Below the pieces are notes generated by a model. The model did no database searches, was not told the DNA's origin, and was given only the letters and a program-made list of their open reading frames with translations. Both the position numbers and the translations under genes were made by a program. From Eledone cirrhosa (Eukaryota), in NCBI GenBank assembly GCA_964016885.1, contig OZ024755.1:5704001-5768000 (forward strand): a stretch of DNA of 64,000 nt, written 5' to 3'. Positions 26,756 to 41,353 of the stretch are shown in pieces; the first letter of the stretch is position 1; each line of letters starts with the position of its first letter.

Positions 26756-27602
26756 CCCTCTTCCTGCTATATCAAGATTTAACCTAATATATCCCTTCCA
26801 TATACTGTACCGATTGTGTTGTTATTTATGTTTACTTTTTACATATATAATATATATATATAATATATATATAGGCTTCCATACAGTTCTCCACTACTAA
26901 ATTCCATTAACACACCATTGGTCAACACAAAGCTATAATAAAAAAAAAACACTTGCCCAAGGTAGCATGCAATGGCATTGAACCCTACGCCCCCGTCGTT
27001 CAGTAACGAACTCATTCTACATTCGGTCATTCTTACACCAAAATCTTATGTAAATATTGCAAGCACATAAACCTTTAAAGTAATACCTGTTAATCCTTTT
27101 GTTGATGCCCGTCCAAAACCGGCTTTGGTTCTGTGAAGCAAAAACATCTATCTAAATTTAAATTTTCCAACATCATTTTCCATGGGGGTTATATGTTAAT
27201 TTACTATGTTTTTAATCCCTCAAAATTCTTTAATTGAAATAGAATGTAGTTCATAAGAAAAACGGTTACAAAACGGTTAAATTCTAGTTACGCACACTGG
27301 TTTTTACAAATAGTTCACTGTGTCGTTTGTGATTAAGAGACTCCTTATCTACAATACGGGGAAAATATATTTTGGTTTTATAATTTTAGGATTTTTATCA
27401 TATCTCTTTCCGTCAAGCATTGAAAATAAGGATATGAATATTATATATATAAATAGATTTATACCTATACATAAATATATATCTTTTATACAAACATGCA
27501 TACGTACGCGCGCGCGCGTGTGTGTGCGTGTGCGTGTGTGTGTGTGTATATGAATATATACATATATAGACACAATATATACACATACATATCTATATAT
27601 AC

Positions 27603-27642
<40 letters not shown>

Positions 27643-28417
27643 ATATATATATATATACACATATATACATATTTATATACACACACACACATATACATAC
27701 ACGCAGAGAGAGAGAGAGAGGGGGTGAGCGAGAGTGAGAGAGAGCGAGAGAGAGTACGAGAGAGTGAGTACGACCGATAGACAGGAAAGTACTCTAGGAG
27801 GGAGGGATGGAGAAAGAACTCTACTCCTCACTCTAGGCAGACCTAGATAGAAAGAAAGATGCGTGGGTGAGAGAAAGACAATTAGATAGTTAGCTGTCTA
27901 TCTAGAATCTAGATAGACAGATAGACAGATTTATTTACGTAAGCCCAATCTCCAATAAAATTCACGTAAAAAATTCGGTTACCCCTTCACAAATAGTCAT
28001 AGACAGGGAAAAAAAACCTTTAAAAAAATACGTACCTACACGTACACGGATATATAAATATATTTTCTATATATATATATATTATTTTGCGTTGTGCTTT
28101 AGTCTATTTCGGTATTGGAGCTAACCCCCAAGTGTTTCCACGCGAATGGGTCGATTTAATCCACAGCTACGTAAAGGTGTTAGATACTTTACAACAAAGT
28201 GTTTGAATTTTACGAAACCGAAAGTAAATTTCTAGAGAGTAAAAAGAAAAAAAAAATTTTCCACCGTATATTCGCTGAAAGATAAAATTTCAGATACCAG
28301 CTATCATTTCCTGTTTTTAGTTGGCGGCTTCCGGTCTGTGTGTGTGTGTACAGAAGCGTATAAGACAGAGGTAGAGTATACATATATACATATATATATA
28401 TATATTATATACTAGGA

Positions 28418-28458
<41 letters not shown>

Positions 28459-29100
28459 GAGAGAGATATATATACTAGAACTGTGTGTATGTATATATAT
28501 ATATATATATGCAAAGAAAGGCACAGAGAGAGAGAGAGAGTCTGGGTGTGTGTGTGTACAGAAGCGTATAAGACAGTGGTAGAAAATACATATATACATA
28601 CATTATATAGATATACTAGGACTATAGAGAGAGAGAGAGAGAGACTAGGACTGTGTGTGTGTATATATATATATATATACAAAGAAAGGTAGAGAGAGTC
28701 TGTGTGTGTTTCAACAACAAAATAAAAGTGAACGAATAAAATACATCTGAACTACACCATACGGAAACAACACATACTTATTTAACCAACGGTTACTATA
28801 GCTATATAACAATATCTAATCAACAGAACCCTGGAATTACTGCTAACCTAAACAAACCAAGACACAGAAAGTATATACAATTATTCAACTAAAGCTTTAT
28901 AAAAGGGAACAACAGTAAAAACCAACGCCGACTACATCTAAAATCTGGTTTCTCCTCATCCCGAGCGGATAAAGCTTTCGCCTTTTACTACAACTATAAT
29001 AACCACCAAAATCATGTCCAATACACCAAATCCTGAAACTCATGATCAAAAATTAACTCTACAAAATGTAGTAGTAGTGGTGGTCGTGGTGGTGATGATA

Positions 29101-29470
29101 ATCCAATCCAGTCCAGTCCAGTGTCTTCTCACCCTGTTGGAGGAACCCTTCCCTGGTTAACCTCCATCCAACCCAGTCCAGAGCCTTCTCACGCCTGTTG
29201 GAGGAACCCTTCCCTGGTTAACCTCCAATCCAACCCAGTCCAGTGTCTTCTCACGCCTGTTGGAGGAACCCTTCCCTAGTTAACCTCCAATCCAACCCAG
29301 TCCAGTGTCTTCTCACGCCTGTTGGAGGAACCCTTCCCTGGTTAACCTCCAATCCAACCCAGTCCAGTGTCTTCTCACGCCTGTTGGAGGAACCCTTCCC
29401 TGGTTAACCTCCAATCTAATCTAATCCAGGCCTCACTCCTGTTGGAGGAACCACTCCCTGGTTAAGCTCC
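29101..29470. repeat. 62-bp minisatellite, about 6 units
   Basis: Unit aatccaacccagtccagtgtcttctcacgcctgttggaggaacccttccctggttaacctcc. Confidence 0.9.
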
Positions 29471-30546
29471 GTCCTATCACCACTCCTACACTACATTATC
29501 ACATACTATCACCAATACTACACTACATCATGACATACTACCACTACTACTTCATATACCACCACCACTACTATACTACATTATCACATACTACTACTAC
29601 TATACTACTACATCAGTGTTACAACCTATGGATTGCACTATCCTAAAGTGCCTATACTTACGGCTAGACACTGCTTGTGAAAACAATCGCCCGAAGAAAC
29701 ACCATTGAAACGAACTTGGGGTGGCTGATGCAGCGAGTGTCGCTGGCCATTGTCCGCAGAGCGCAGCCCCAACACCGCCGCGCCCTAGGCCTAGGGACCA
29801 CCCCTCCCCTCCCATTCTTCTGTGACCCTAGAGCTCTTGTCTTTCCCTTCCTTTCCTGTTTTTAAATATCTGTAGTGTTTTTGCTATTTGAAATAGATTT
29901 TGTAATGATTTTATCTTAGATTGCGGGATCAAATTTATAAACTTTATTAATGGACTTATATCGTGAGTTCCCTGTATGGAGCCGTCTCAACCCATCCCGG
30001 GTGAACGCCAGCCCAAGTACAACAATAATACGATATAATAGCAATATGTGACAGTAGTTTAGTTCTACTTGTTTTTCTACTCCTTTCTCTGACGAAAGCA
30101 CTGAATGTTATTGGTTACATCAGTTCACAGAGACACAATGTCTCGTAAAAATGCTCGTTAAAAACAATCGTAGGTTTTTGAACGACTTGTTGCTTTCATT
30201 GATGAAATCATCCGAGATTTGAATCATAGAATAGCTAACGGCCATTTATGAAAGTATCCATTAAAAATGTATGCACGTATATCCTTACTTCTCCATAAAC
30301 GGTTACACTTTCAATGCATGCATATTCACATGTATAAATGTATATAGTGTTTGATTTAACTACACACATATAAGGTCGATAAATAAGGTAGCAGTTCACT
30401 ACTGCGAACGATTCTTCTTCCCCCTCCATGGGGCTGTATTCAGACCTGTAGATTAAGATAACCAAGACATGGACCCTCTATGACTCCATCAGAAATTCAG
30501 GGCCCATGAATGGATAGACGGCATTATTTTATACATTATTATATAG

Positions 30547-30740
30547 AGGGTGGTGGATTGGCAGTATCGGTAAGGGTCTGACGCCATGCTTTGCAGCAAC
30601 GAGTTACGGCACTTTATGGTCTGAGTTCAAATCCCGCCGAGGTTAACTTTGCCTTTCATCCTTACGGGGTCGATAAAATAAAGTACCAGTAATACACTGG
30701 GATAATTGCTGGCATTGTGCCAAAAGTAGAAACCATTATT
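30547..30740 (+). mobile_element. SINE family S1
   Basis: Full-length forward copy. Confidence 0.85.
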
Positions 30741-30911
30741 TTTTACAATGAAGATTCTGTTTCGGGGATAAGGTTTCTTATTTTTTATTATTTCCCATTC
30801 GACATATCTTTTAACTAGGGTGGATCATTATATTTACCTGCTTTTACTGTACAATTGCTTAAATATTTCAGCGATCTTCACGATTTTAATCGTTTTCACC
30901 TTCAGACAATA

Positions 30912-31102
30912 TAATTGTTTTTACTATTGGCACAAGGCCAGCAATTATCCCAGTACATTACTGGTATTTTATTTTATCGACCCCGTAAGGATGAAAGGCA
31001 AAGTTAACCTCGGCGGGATTTGAACTCAGACCATAAAGAGACGTAACTCTTTGCTGCAAAGCATGGCATCGGACCCTCTACCGATACTGCCAATCCACCG
31101 CC
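30912..31102 (-). mobile_element. SINE family S1 with TSD
   Basis: Reverse copy flanked by cttcagacaata on both sides. Confidence 0.85.
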
Positions 31103-33443
31103 TATTATCTTCAGACAATATCTTCAGACAATACAATACAGGACGGAGAGCGGCTATCGCTGCCACTTTACAAAGTTCTTTTAGTTTCTAAGTAACTGGA
31201 ACATTGCCACGATATTTTCCATGTTCTATGTTTATCTGAATATCATATCTACTTTACTATGAATAAGTGAAAATATATTTCCATTTCTTGGCAGTTTATA
31301 TCTTTGAAAAACTAATTTTATTCAGGAAGCTGTAAATTGTTTGATTAATTTCAGAAAGTAATGTTTAATGGATCGGCTTATTCTACATAATTCTGTTGTG
31401 GTGTGTAACCCCGTTAAAAGGTTTTCATGATATACGATTACTGAATAATTCAGTTTGATTTTCGATTAGTCCACTAAATCTAAAGTCTGAATAATTTCCA
31501 TGTCCTCTCCTCTATTCTATATCAACTTTAAATCTAAAGGTTTATGTAATATATTTTCCTGGTCTTCAATATTAGGACTCAAATCAAATATCTACTGGTT
31601 TTGCTAATAGCAGTTTCAGAATTGAAATTGCTATATGTAGAATGTACTGCTTTAGGTACATGGAAAATCTCACAATTATTCGAGTTATCTTCCTTGTTTG
31701 TTGTTTTTAAATTATATATAACTATGATTTAATTGCTCTAACTTAAACGCAAACTAATCGACACCAGGTCAACGCTATCCCCGAAGTTAAACGTCAACCA
31801 ACCTACGCCCAAACTTACCCACTAGGTACATATAACCCTAGACAAAGTAAAATCAAACACACTCTTCAAAGCCATATCCCCAAACTCTTATATAGAAACT
31901 ACATAATACAGTTGCTACTAACTGATTCTAAATGGAAATTTTTTCTTAATTTCAAGGAAAATCTTAGTTAACCGATTTTTTTTCAGCTCACTATATTACA
32001 TATGTGAGACTACTATTTGTGTATTTATTAAGCAAAAGTATCCCTTGGGGCATTGCCCTCTCCGCCAAATTGTTGCTATTCATAATCAGGATTACTACAT
32101 TCAATTACTATATTTACTGATCACATATCAGTCTTGCCAACTCATGTGAATATGGTTCACTGATGAAATGTAACAATATTGAAATACGACCTTTAGTTTC
32201 CGTAGTTGGTTCCAAGGAAACTTTCTACTCCTAAATCTATTGTTTTCTATTTAAAAAAAAAAAATGAATAAATTGGAGTTTGCTCTGCTGCTTGTTGACT
32301 TTGGCTTTTAAACATTAAAGATTTTATATACTAATTGCGAAGAAAATCTTCGTTAATTGAACGTTTTAATTTACCATATTATCTATATGAATCTACCGTA
32401 TGAAGATTTAAATTTATAATCCACTTCCTATTCAGTATTTTGATATTAAGCCATCTGTTTGTTTTAAAGCATTTATCTACAAACCTTCCATCATACTTTT
32501 ATATAAGAACATTTATTAGTTATGCTCTAAATACCAGCTTAATAAAAATATGTTAGTTATATTACGTAATCCCGTCAATATTTATATTACTTTCAAAATT
32601 ATTTGAAAATTATACAAATATGTTAGCGAAATAGTTAAATCTCCATCATGCGATTTACCATATAGGAAGTGATATATAAGTGTAAGTACCGATTAAAAAT
32701 TTTAATTTATATTCGAATTCGATTTAAAATTCTCGCCATGTGACTCACTATATTATATATGAGACTTTATTGTGTATAATCTAAGCTGATTTCCAACTTA
32801 AATCTATCGATTATTTTAAAACATGTTAAACTAACCCAATGCAAATTTAACTTCACCAAATTACAATATAGCAATAACACAGCATCCATATAGTTATGTA
32901 TACATACATATGTAAATACACTGTAGTATAACTAAACAGAAATATAATACTTTCATATAACTGGTGGAAACTTTTATTAACAATTTAATTCTTACACAGA
33001 AACGGCAATAAGCCATGGCTTATTGTATACATAGACGTTTCAAAAGTATCCTGTCACCCATTCTTGATTATAGCTCTCGACTGTATGTGAGTAAAATTGT
33101 GAGGACAATTTTGCCCTGCGTTAAGAAAAGAAGCTACAACCGCGAATCAGAAAACTAGTTGCAGTCTAAATTTATTTAACATAGTTAAAACCTTGGGTTA
33201 TGTTTACTGTTTTGTTAACCATTTTTCTATTGAAGATCATTGCCTATGATTTTCAAATAATTTGGAAAATAATCAAGAATTTCGAGGGATATAATATAAA
33301 TCACGCACTTATTATTCAAACCTGGAGAGGGATGGGCTCCACAAGGCTCATTGTAGTTGCCAAATGTTTCTTCCTCAGAAGCGAATCTCCGTAACACTTC
33401 CTTCGTACTCAGGTTTAATCTCCATATATATATATATATATAT

Positions 33444-33624
33444 AAAGTTCTATTTAAATTGTTGGGATACAACAAGCAAATATTTTTATAACTGATATAA
33501 AGCACTCAACAAATATTTGGAGTAAAAATACGATATTAACAAATGGAAACTATATTTATAAAACCATATTTATTTCATTATACATATTTCAAGGATACCA
33601 AGTTAAATTATGGTGTGCTTTCAT
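33444..33624 (-). mobile_element. Family H1 HHR element (5'-truncated within the CUGAUGA core)
   Basis: Reverse homologue of 35675-35867; keeps stem II, GAAATATGTATA and the tail; begins at (TA)n. Confidence 0.7.
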
Positions 33625-33754
33625 ATGTATGTCTATTTATATGCATATATGTAGCAGTTTGTATGTATCTATGTATAAGTATGTGTATGATATAAACTGT
33701 ATTAGAGACAGTTCACGTTGTAGAGTTATATATATATAAATTATAAAATAAGAT

Positions 33755-33846
33755 TTCCGTTTCCGGTCTAAATTTCATATAATGTTATTTTACTTGCGAT
33801 ATTCAGGCTACAATTAACTTATTTCTCGGTGCCTACTTCCGGTGTT
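33755..33846. promoter_or_regulatory. ETS-type motif cluster
   Basis: tttccgtttccggt and tacttccggtg in otherwise AT-rich unique DNA. Confidence 0.3.
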
Positions 33847-34657
33847 AACTTTAAATATTTTGAGAAGGAATAATTAAGAATTACAAATTTGATACATTTT
33901 TTCCCAAACTGTTATCAGCGAAAGTGGAGTAAAGTCATCACCACCCCACCCCACTCCCATTAATACCCCCACCACCATCACCACACCCCCATTTATGCCC
34001 CCACTCCACTACCACAACTATCACCATCACCCCACCACCATCATCACCAACACCACCACGACCACGACCACCACCCACCCCCTATCACCATCACCCCACC
34101 ACCACCACCACTATCACTACACCACATTAATACCTCTACCACCACCACCACCTCATCCCTCACTCCCATTAATACCTCCCCCATTAATACCCCTCCACCA
34201 CCACCAGCCTCACTCAATAATACCCCTCCCCCATCACCACCACCAGCCCCACTCCCATTACTACCCCGCCCCCCGCGATCATCACCCACCCCTCCTCCAC
34301 CACCACCAGCCCCACTCCCATTAATACCCCTCCCCGCCTCCACCACCCACCCCACCACCACCACCACCATCATCACCAGGGTATGCAGCACAAGGTATCG
34401 ACAAAACCGCATGTGGTGTGTACTTTCAGTCACAGTAATTATGCACGCCATATGGGTTTCCACCGTTAACACTGCGCAACAGAGCTCTTAGTATTTCTTC
34501 AGTAACACTTCTATATTTATTACTACCATTATCATTATCAATATCATTATCAATATTATTATTTCACTATTTTATTGATCTATGTCAGTCAGCTGTCAAA
34601 TTTAATTTTTTTTTAAATTTTACTTTCTAGTATATGTTTTTATGATGTTATATATAT

Positions 34658-34760
34658 CCGAGGTTAACTTTGCCTTTCATCCTTACGGAGTCGATAAAAT
34701 AAAGTACCAGTAATACACTGGATATTTGCTGGCCTTGTGCCAAAAAGTAGAAACAGTTAT
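34658..34760 (+). mobile_element. SINE family S1, 5'-truncated
   Basis: ccgaggttaactttgcctttcatcc...gtagaaaca. Confidence 0.8.
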
Positions 34761-34764
34761 ATAA

Positions 34765-34796
<32 letters not shown>

Positions 34797-34997
34797 CATA
34801 TGTCATATATATATATATCATTTGTCTTTGCGTGCTATTGTTCTCCCCGCTCCACATATGACGTATTATCTTCGTTTTTTCCGTTCATTGCCAGAGAACG
34901 TCTCTATGAACCACCTAATAGAATATTAGTCTACGACTTCTTTTACACCATAAACGTGGTTTTGTCTTTGCGTGTAATTGTTTTTCACCGCTTCAAA

Positions 34998-35156
34998 TAA
35001 TTGTTTCTACTTTAGGCACAAGGCCAGCAATTACCCAGTACGTGACTGGTACTTTATTCTATCGACCCCGGAAGGATGAAAGGCAAAGTTAACCTCGGCG
35101 GGATTTGAACTCAGATCATACAGAGAGGTAACTCTATGCTTCAAAGCATGGCATCC
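34998..35156 (-). mobile_element. SINE family S1
   Basis: Reverse copy. Confidence 0.8.
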
Positions 35157-35568
35157 GCTCCAAACAATGACGTATTATATTCGTTTTTTCCCGATCTTTG
35201 CCAGGGAACGTTCCCACGAACCAAAGTATCGTCTTCCTGTCTTCCTCCGGTTGCAACGTTTTTTTGAAATATCCACTTCTGTGTTCACAGATTGACTTTG
35301 TTAGTTTCAGAAGATCCCGTTAAGAGTGAAAGCAGCGATTCTTTACTTAAACTTTAATCTGTTATTTTAATAAATAAATATATATATATATATATTTATT
35401 TATTAATATTTATTATATTTGTGTTGTGGGGGAGTTTTAACAGGTAAAGACGAAAGAATAAAAAGAACATTGAATAGGATGAGACAGTAAGATAGATATA
35501 CAGATAGATAAGGGAGAGATAGAGGGAGTGGTTTAAAGATATATGAAAATAAAAGGAGAAAGGGACTT

Positions 35569-35648
<80 letters not shown>

Positions 35649-35674
35649 AGGGGGTGATATATATATATATATAT

Positions 35675-35867
35675 CTGATGAAAGCGCACCATAATTTGCC
35701 TTGGTGGCCCTTAAAATATGTATAATAAAATAAATATGGTTTTATAAATATAGTTTCCATTTGTTAATATATTGTATAATTTCTCCACTAATCTGCTGAG
35801 TGCTTTATATCAGTTATAAACATGTTTAAGCTTGTTGAATCCCAACAAATTAAATATAACCTCTGCA
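35675..35867 (+). mobile_element. Family H1 HHR element in (TA)n
   Basis: CTGATGA-aagcgcacca...tggtggccctt-AAAA-tatgtata-ataaaata plus about 135-bp tail; (TA)n on both sides. Confidence 0.7.
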
Positions 35868-36481
35868 TATATATATATATATATAAAGACTGAGGCAGAG
35901 AGAGAGACAGATAGAGGAAGAGAGACATCGACAGAAAAAGACAGAGAGAGAGACAGGGATAAAAAGCGATAAAGTAAGAGAGAGAGAGAGAGAGAGAGAG
36001 AGACAAAGAGACAGCGACAGACAGAGACAGATAGACAGACAGACAGACCTGTGCAGAAGCTTCGTGTTGCCGAATACTAATCCAACATTATATATAAAAA
36101 TAAAACATGGAATTCTCCCGGGAGGTTTGATCTCCAGTCAGAAATATATCGAACATGACAACCGTTGCCATGTATAAAGTTTGGTCTAACCCCAAGGGAG
36201 ATAATGCATGGTTAGTAAGTCTCAAGTCGTATCTAAACGCACGACTAGGTTACGATTCCCAGTTTGATGTGACAGGTGGCACAAATGTCACATAAACACA
36301 CGCAATCAACCGACATGCGCACACGTTATACAGACAGGGAGAACGAGAGGTATGTATGTATGCATGTGTGTAGGTGTGTGTTGGTGTGGTGTGGGTGTGT
36401 AACAACACCCGCTTTCTTTCCCTACCAGCTTGTCCGTCTTCTTTTTTACTCCCATCTATCTTTCTATATCTCATTCCCATA

Positions 36482-36517
36482 ACTTCTGATAAAGAACTAA
36501 TGTCCGAAACGTTGAGT
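36482..36517 (+). ncRNA. Degenerate minimal HHR motif, family H4
   Basis: ACTT-CTGATAA-a-gaac-taat-gtcc-GAAACGTT-GAGT; G8 mutated. Confidence 0.45.
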
Positions 36518-37472
36518 CTCTCCTACTATACTAATCATTAAACCAAACATGAACTGAATAGAGAAATAAATGCCGACTGTTGGGTTAAAATAATATTTGT
36601 AATAGTGACAATTTACAATTCTCCAAATTGTTCAAATAAACTGGTATATGGTGTGGTAGTTTCACTGGTATCTCTTTGAAGCTCCAGTCCCTGCGGTCTC
36701 CTCTTGATAATGGATGGAAACTCTGATAATATTTTGGATCATTAAAAATTGCTAAGCGTCCTCACTCTTTTTACTTCACTATGTTCTTTTCCCTTATAAA
36801 CATAATGTATACACGTTATTTGGTATCTATTCTTTTCAAATATGCATATACAGAAAAACAAAATTACGTAAGATGAACAGACAATTGCATCACTCCTCAG
36901 CAGCCACATTCTGATGCACAATTTTGAGCGTTATTTTAGAATGGAAGCTGTAACGCAATATCACCATAAAGAATGGACAGAAATATTACAGGTGTATTGT
37001 GTCAAAAACAGAGATAATTACATAAAAATATTACACCTGGAAGTAAATAAACAAACAAACAATTACCTTGTGTCTGAATTAAGAGGAAAATTATTATATT
37101 AAGAGGAAAGATGTGTGTGGAACCTGGTAACACTGGAAAGATACAGACCTCTGTTGTTATTTGCCGAGAATGACTACGTGACATATTCACTACTTTAAAA
37201 CTCATAGCGAATGGTCTTCTAAATGTTTTTAATTAAACATACAGTATATTGCCAAATATACTATACATACATTCATGTATACATCACTATTTCAGAGCAC
37301 CAATATAAATTAAATTATATATATATATATACACCAAAATTATATTAAGGATGTCATGTCTGAGAATATCAGAATCATGCGCCATACCGCCTGTGGAATA
37401 TGCTCAAAGATTCCAAGTAGTGAATCCGAGCATTTATATTAAATCAAAATATATATATCATCCTACTTTTGA

Positions 37473-37507
<35 letters not shown>

Positions 37508-37509
37508 TA

Positions 37510-37713
37510 TATTTGTTTATTTGATATAATAAATTCTTTTTAAGCTTATTTTTTTATATATCTTCATTTGAATATATAAAATTTAATTAGCGTAAAATTT
37601 TACTCATGTGATAGGCTCCAGCAAAGACACCATAAGCAATACTAACATGCTCCTTTAAGAATCAACAAATGTTGGTTTGTCCCCGTCACATTTTAAAGTC
37701 AAACGTGGCCCCT
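37510..37713 (+). mobile_element. MITE family M1, partial
   Basis: Matches the 3' two-thirds of 48481-48756, ending gtggcccctg. Confidence 0.7.
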
Positions 37714-37991
37714 GTATATGTATATATATATATATAATTAGACAATAGGTTACATGGATACACCATTCACTGTTCAAGAAGGAAAAGCAACTGTATATGC
37801 GGACAGTTCCCGTTCCACGTTAAACCGATTAATAAACCTTACACATACATACATACATACATACATACATACATACATACATACATACATACATACATAC
37901 ATGATGGCTGCCCCCTCGTTATCGAGTATGGCCATTGCACGAGGAGGAAAAAATAAATAAATAAATAAATAAACATAAAAAATAAAAAATA

Positions 37992-38076
<85 letters not shown>

Positions 38077-38283
38077 GCACACACACATATATACGCACAC
38101 ATATACATTAATAATAATAATAATAATAATAACAGCAATAATAATAACGACAACAACAATAATAACATACATAGATACATATCTGTATAAAGATATCGAT
38201 ATTAATTTATATATTAAATATGTACATAAAAGCATAATTGTGGTGAGAGTGTGTGTTTAAGAGTATATATTTATGTGTGTGTG

Positions 38284-38408
<125 letters not shown>

Positions 38409-38799
38409 AGACCAAGATAGGTTACATATTATTTGAAAGACATTCAAGATAAAATTCTTATACATTTCCGTAAGCATACAGCTAAATGGCCATTAATATG
38501 CATTAGTACAAAACGAAAGCAAAACCCCCGAAAACTAATACTAAATGCGTGCATTTTCTCAAAATTCTATGCAGAATTGTGCACGTACGCTGGCGTATGA
38601 ACATTTGGCGTTCTTTGTCAGCTGCAGCTGTTGACGTCTGCACCTAAACCACTGCATCTAGCATTCTCTGCTGATGAAAAGAGCTAGGTGTCGAGAAATA
38701 GAGAAGCGGTTGCTTGTCGGTATTGTCAATCCACAAGCAGCTACAGATAAAATGTCTGATTCAGTCCTCGCAAGTAATCTGGCATAGTAATGGAGGTGA

Positions 38800-38824
38800 T
38801 GACGTCACTCGTCTCCTTGGCAAC
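38800..38824. promoter_or_regulatory. Adjacent CRE and RFX X-box
   Basis: TGACGTCA (38800-38807) then GTCTCCTTGGCAAC (38811-38824). Confidence 0.4.
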
Positions 38825-39254
38825 AATGCATTTATAATGGCCGTTCATTCGTTCAGTAAGACCGAAATTTAGTATTTAACGAAAAAAACAAAAACAAAAA
38901 GAATTGAAAGAAAATAAGGTTATAATGAACATTGAAACAACAACAACTACAACAACAACAAGAGCAACAGTATGAAATGTCGATGAACGAAAGGAGTTAC
39001 TGTCGAACATGTCAATAGGTACAGACAGCCAGGCAGACAGACAGACGGATATATAGATATATAGAGAGAGAGGTAGATAGAGAGATACAAAGAGTGAGAG
39101 AGAGAGAGACAGACAGAGAGAGACAGATAGACAGGTAGATAGAGAGATAAAAAGAAAAATAGACAGGTATGTATATGTGTGTTTGTGTGTGTGTTATATA
39201 TATCCGTGTGTGTATATATATATCCGTGTATATATATATATATATATATCCGTG

Positions 39255-39401
<147 letters not shown>

Positions 39402-39432
39402 GTATGTATATATATATATATATATATCCGTG

Positions 39433-39485
<53 letters not shown>

Positions 39486-39489
<4 letters not shown>

Positions 39490-39693
39490 TATAAAAGTTT
39501 TAATATAGAAGAAGAGCTTCTACAGGACTAGAACTGTTTCATTCGTGAGAAATCATCAGGGGCTCCCTGATGATTTCTCACGAATGAAACAGTTCTACTC
39601 CTGTAGAAGCTCTTCTTCTATATTAAAACTTTTATACTCTGCTATATATTGGATACCTTACTGTGGTTACCTCCGATTCAACCCGGGATAAAC
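39486..39693 (+). mobile_element. Family H2 fold-back HHR element
   Basis: About 155-bp near-perfect palindrome (39486-39640) plus unique tail; each arm has CTGATGA-tttctcacgaat-GAAACAG...CTGTA-GAAGCTC; (TA)n flanks. Confidence 0.8.
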
Positions 39694-39875
39694 TTATATA
39701 TATATGTATATGTATATATCCGTGTGTGTATATATATATATATCCGTATATATATATATATATATATCCGTGTGTATATATATATATATATCCGTATATA
39801 TTCGTACATGTGTGTTTCAGCGTTTGAGTAAAATATATAAATATACAAGTGAAAAGGTGAACACACGAATAAACG

Positions 39876-39907
<32 letters not shown>

Positions 39908-40080
39908 TGTATGTATGTATGTATTTATATGTATGTGTATTTGTATCTATATATGTGGATATATGGGTGTGTATATAGTATAACATATATAATGCAACAT
40001 TAACAATTAAGGTTGTATAAGCTTGTACGTACATATAAAATTTCACACATACGCACATAAATATATACATACATATATAT

Positions 40081-40136
<56 letters not shown>

Positions 40137-40339
40137 CACACACATATATATATATTTATATATATACATATATACATATATATACATACATATATAAATA
40201 AATAAATACGCACACATATGTGTATATATATATACACACATATATGTATATATATATATATAAATACACACACACACACACACACATATATATAAATAAA
40301 TAAATACACACACATGTATATAAATAAATAAATACACAC

Positions 40340-40375
<36 letters not shown>

Positions 40376-40800
40376 GTATATGTATAAATATTCATATAAA
40401 TACACACACACACACATATATATATATATACACATATACATAAATAAATAAATAAATACACACATATATATATATGTATATATATATATATATGAATAAA
40501 TATACACACACACACATATATATATATACACACTTACACATGTATAGTGGATTATAGTGGATACACAAGTTAATCGATGATGTACCGGTCTATCAGGGGA
40601 ACAATCAATGATTGATTTGACAGTAACCGGCAAAGCACTATTTCCGACAGATGACAGCGCAATGTCTCTGACAGAAAATAGGGATCTTGGTGAAGTGTAA
40701 TAAGATGTAGTAAGACCCCATAATCCCTACCTGTAAGTTTGGGGGATATCTGATGAGAATCACCTGGAGGTAGCGTGTGGGTATATATATATATATATAC

Positions 40801-40885
40801 CTGTCGGGGTCTTACTGGTTCCTATTACCCACTCTACTACCTCAAGTATTGAGTACTTTGGTGCGTTATGGTCCACCTGGTTCCT
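40801..40885 (+). mobile_element. Family H3 tail in (TA)n beginning at ctGTC-ggggtctt
   Basis: Homologous to 3764-3860 (reverse) and 4601-4672. Confidence 0.7.
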
Positions 40886-40900
40886 TACCACATTTCCTTC

Positions 40901-40952
<52 letters not shown>

Positions 40953-41165
40953 TGTATATATTATTGGTAACGTGTAATGAATAATAAAGTAGTCTCTGCA
41001 TTAAAGTATCGAGTACCAAGTTGTATATTGTGGTCACGAGACATTCAACTAGAAACATCTTTAGTGCACTCCAGGGATCACTTTACCTGCTGTGCTAAAC
41101 TATTATGCATAGGGATCGACTATTATTAAGGTCACTTTATACATACACACATACTTTTATATATG

Positions 41166-41213
<48 letters not shown>

Positions 41214-41267
41214 CTCTCATATACTGTACCGATTGTCTTGTTATTTCTGTTTACCTTTTACATATAC

Positions 41268-41304
<37 letters not shown>

Positions 41305-41319
41305 AGTATGTATAGAATA

Positions 41320-41353
<34 letters not shown>

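Noticed and set aside
32155-32215. CTGATGA-aatg...tatt-GAAA hammerhead-like core
   Set aside because: No complementary stem I and no proper NUH closing stem III.
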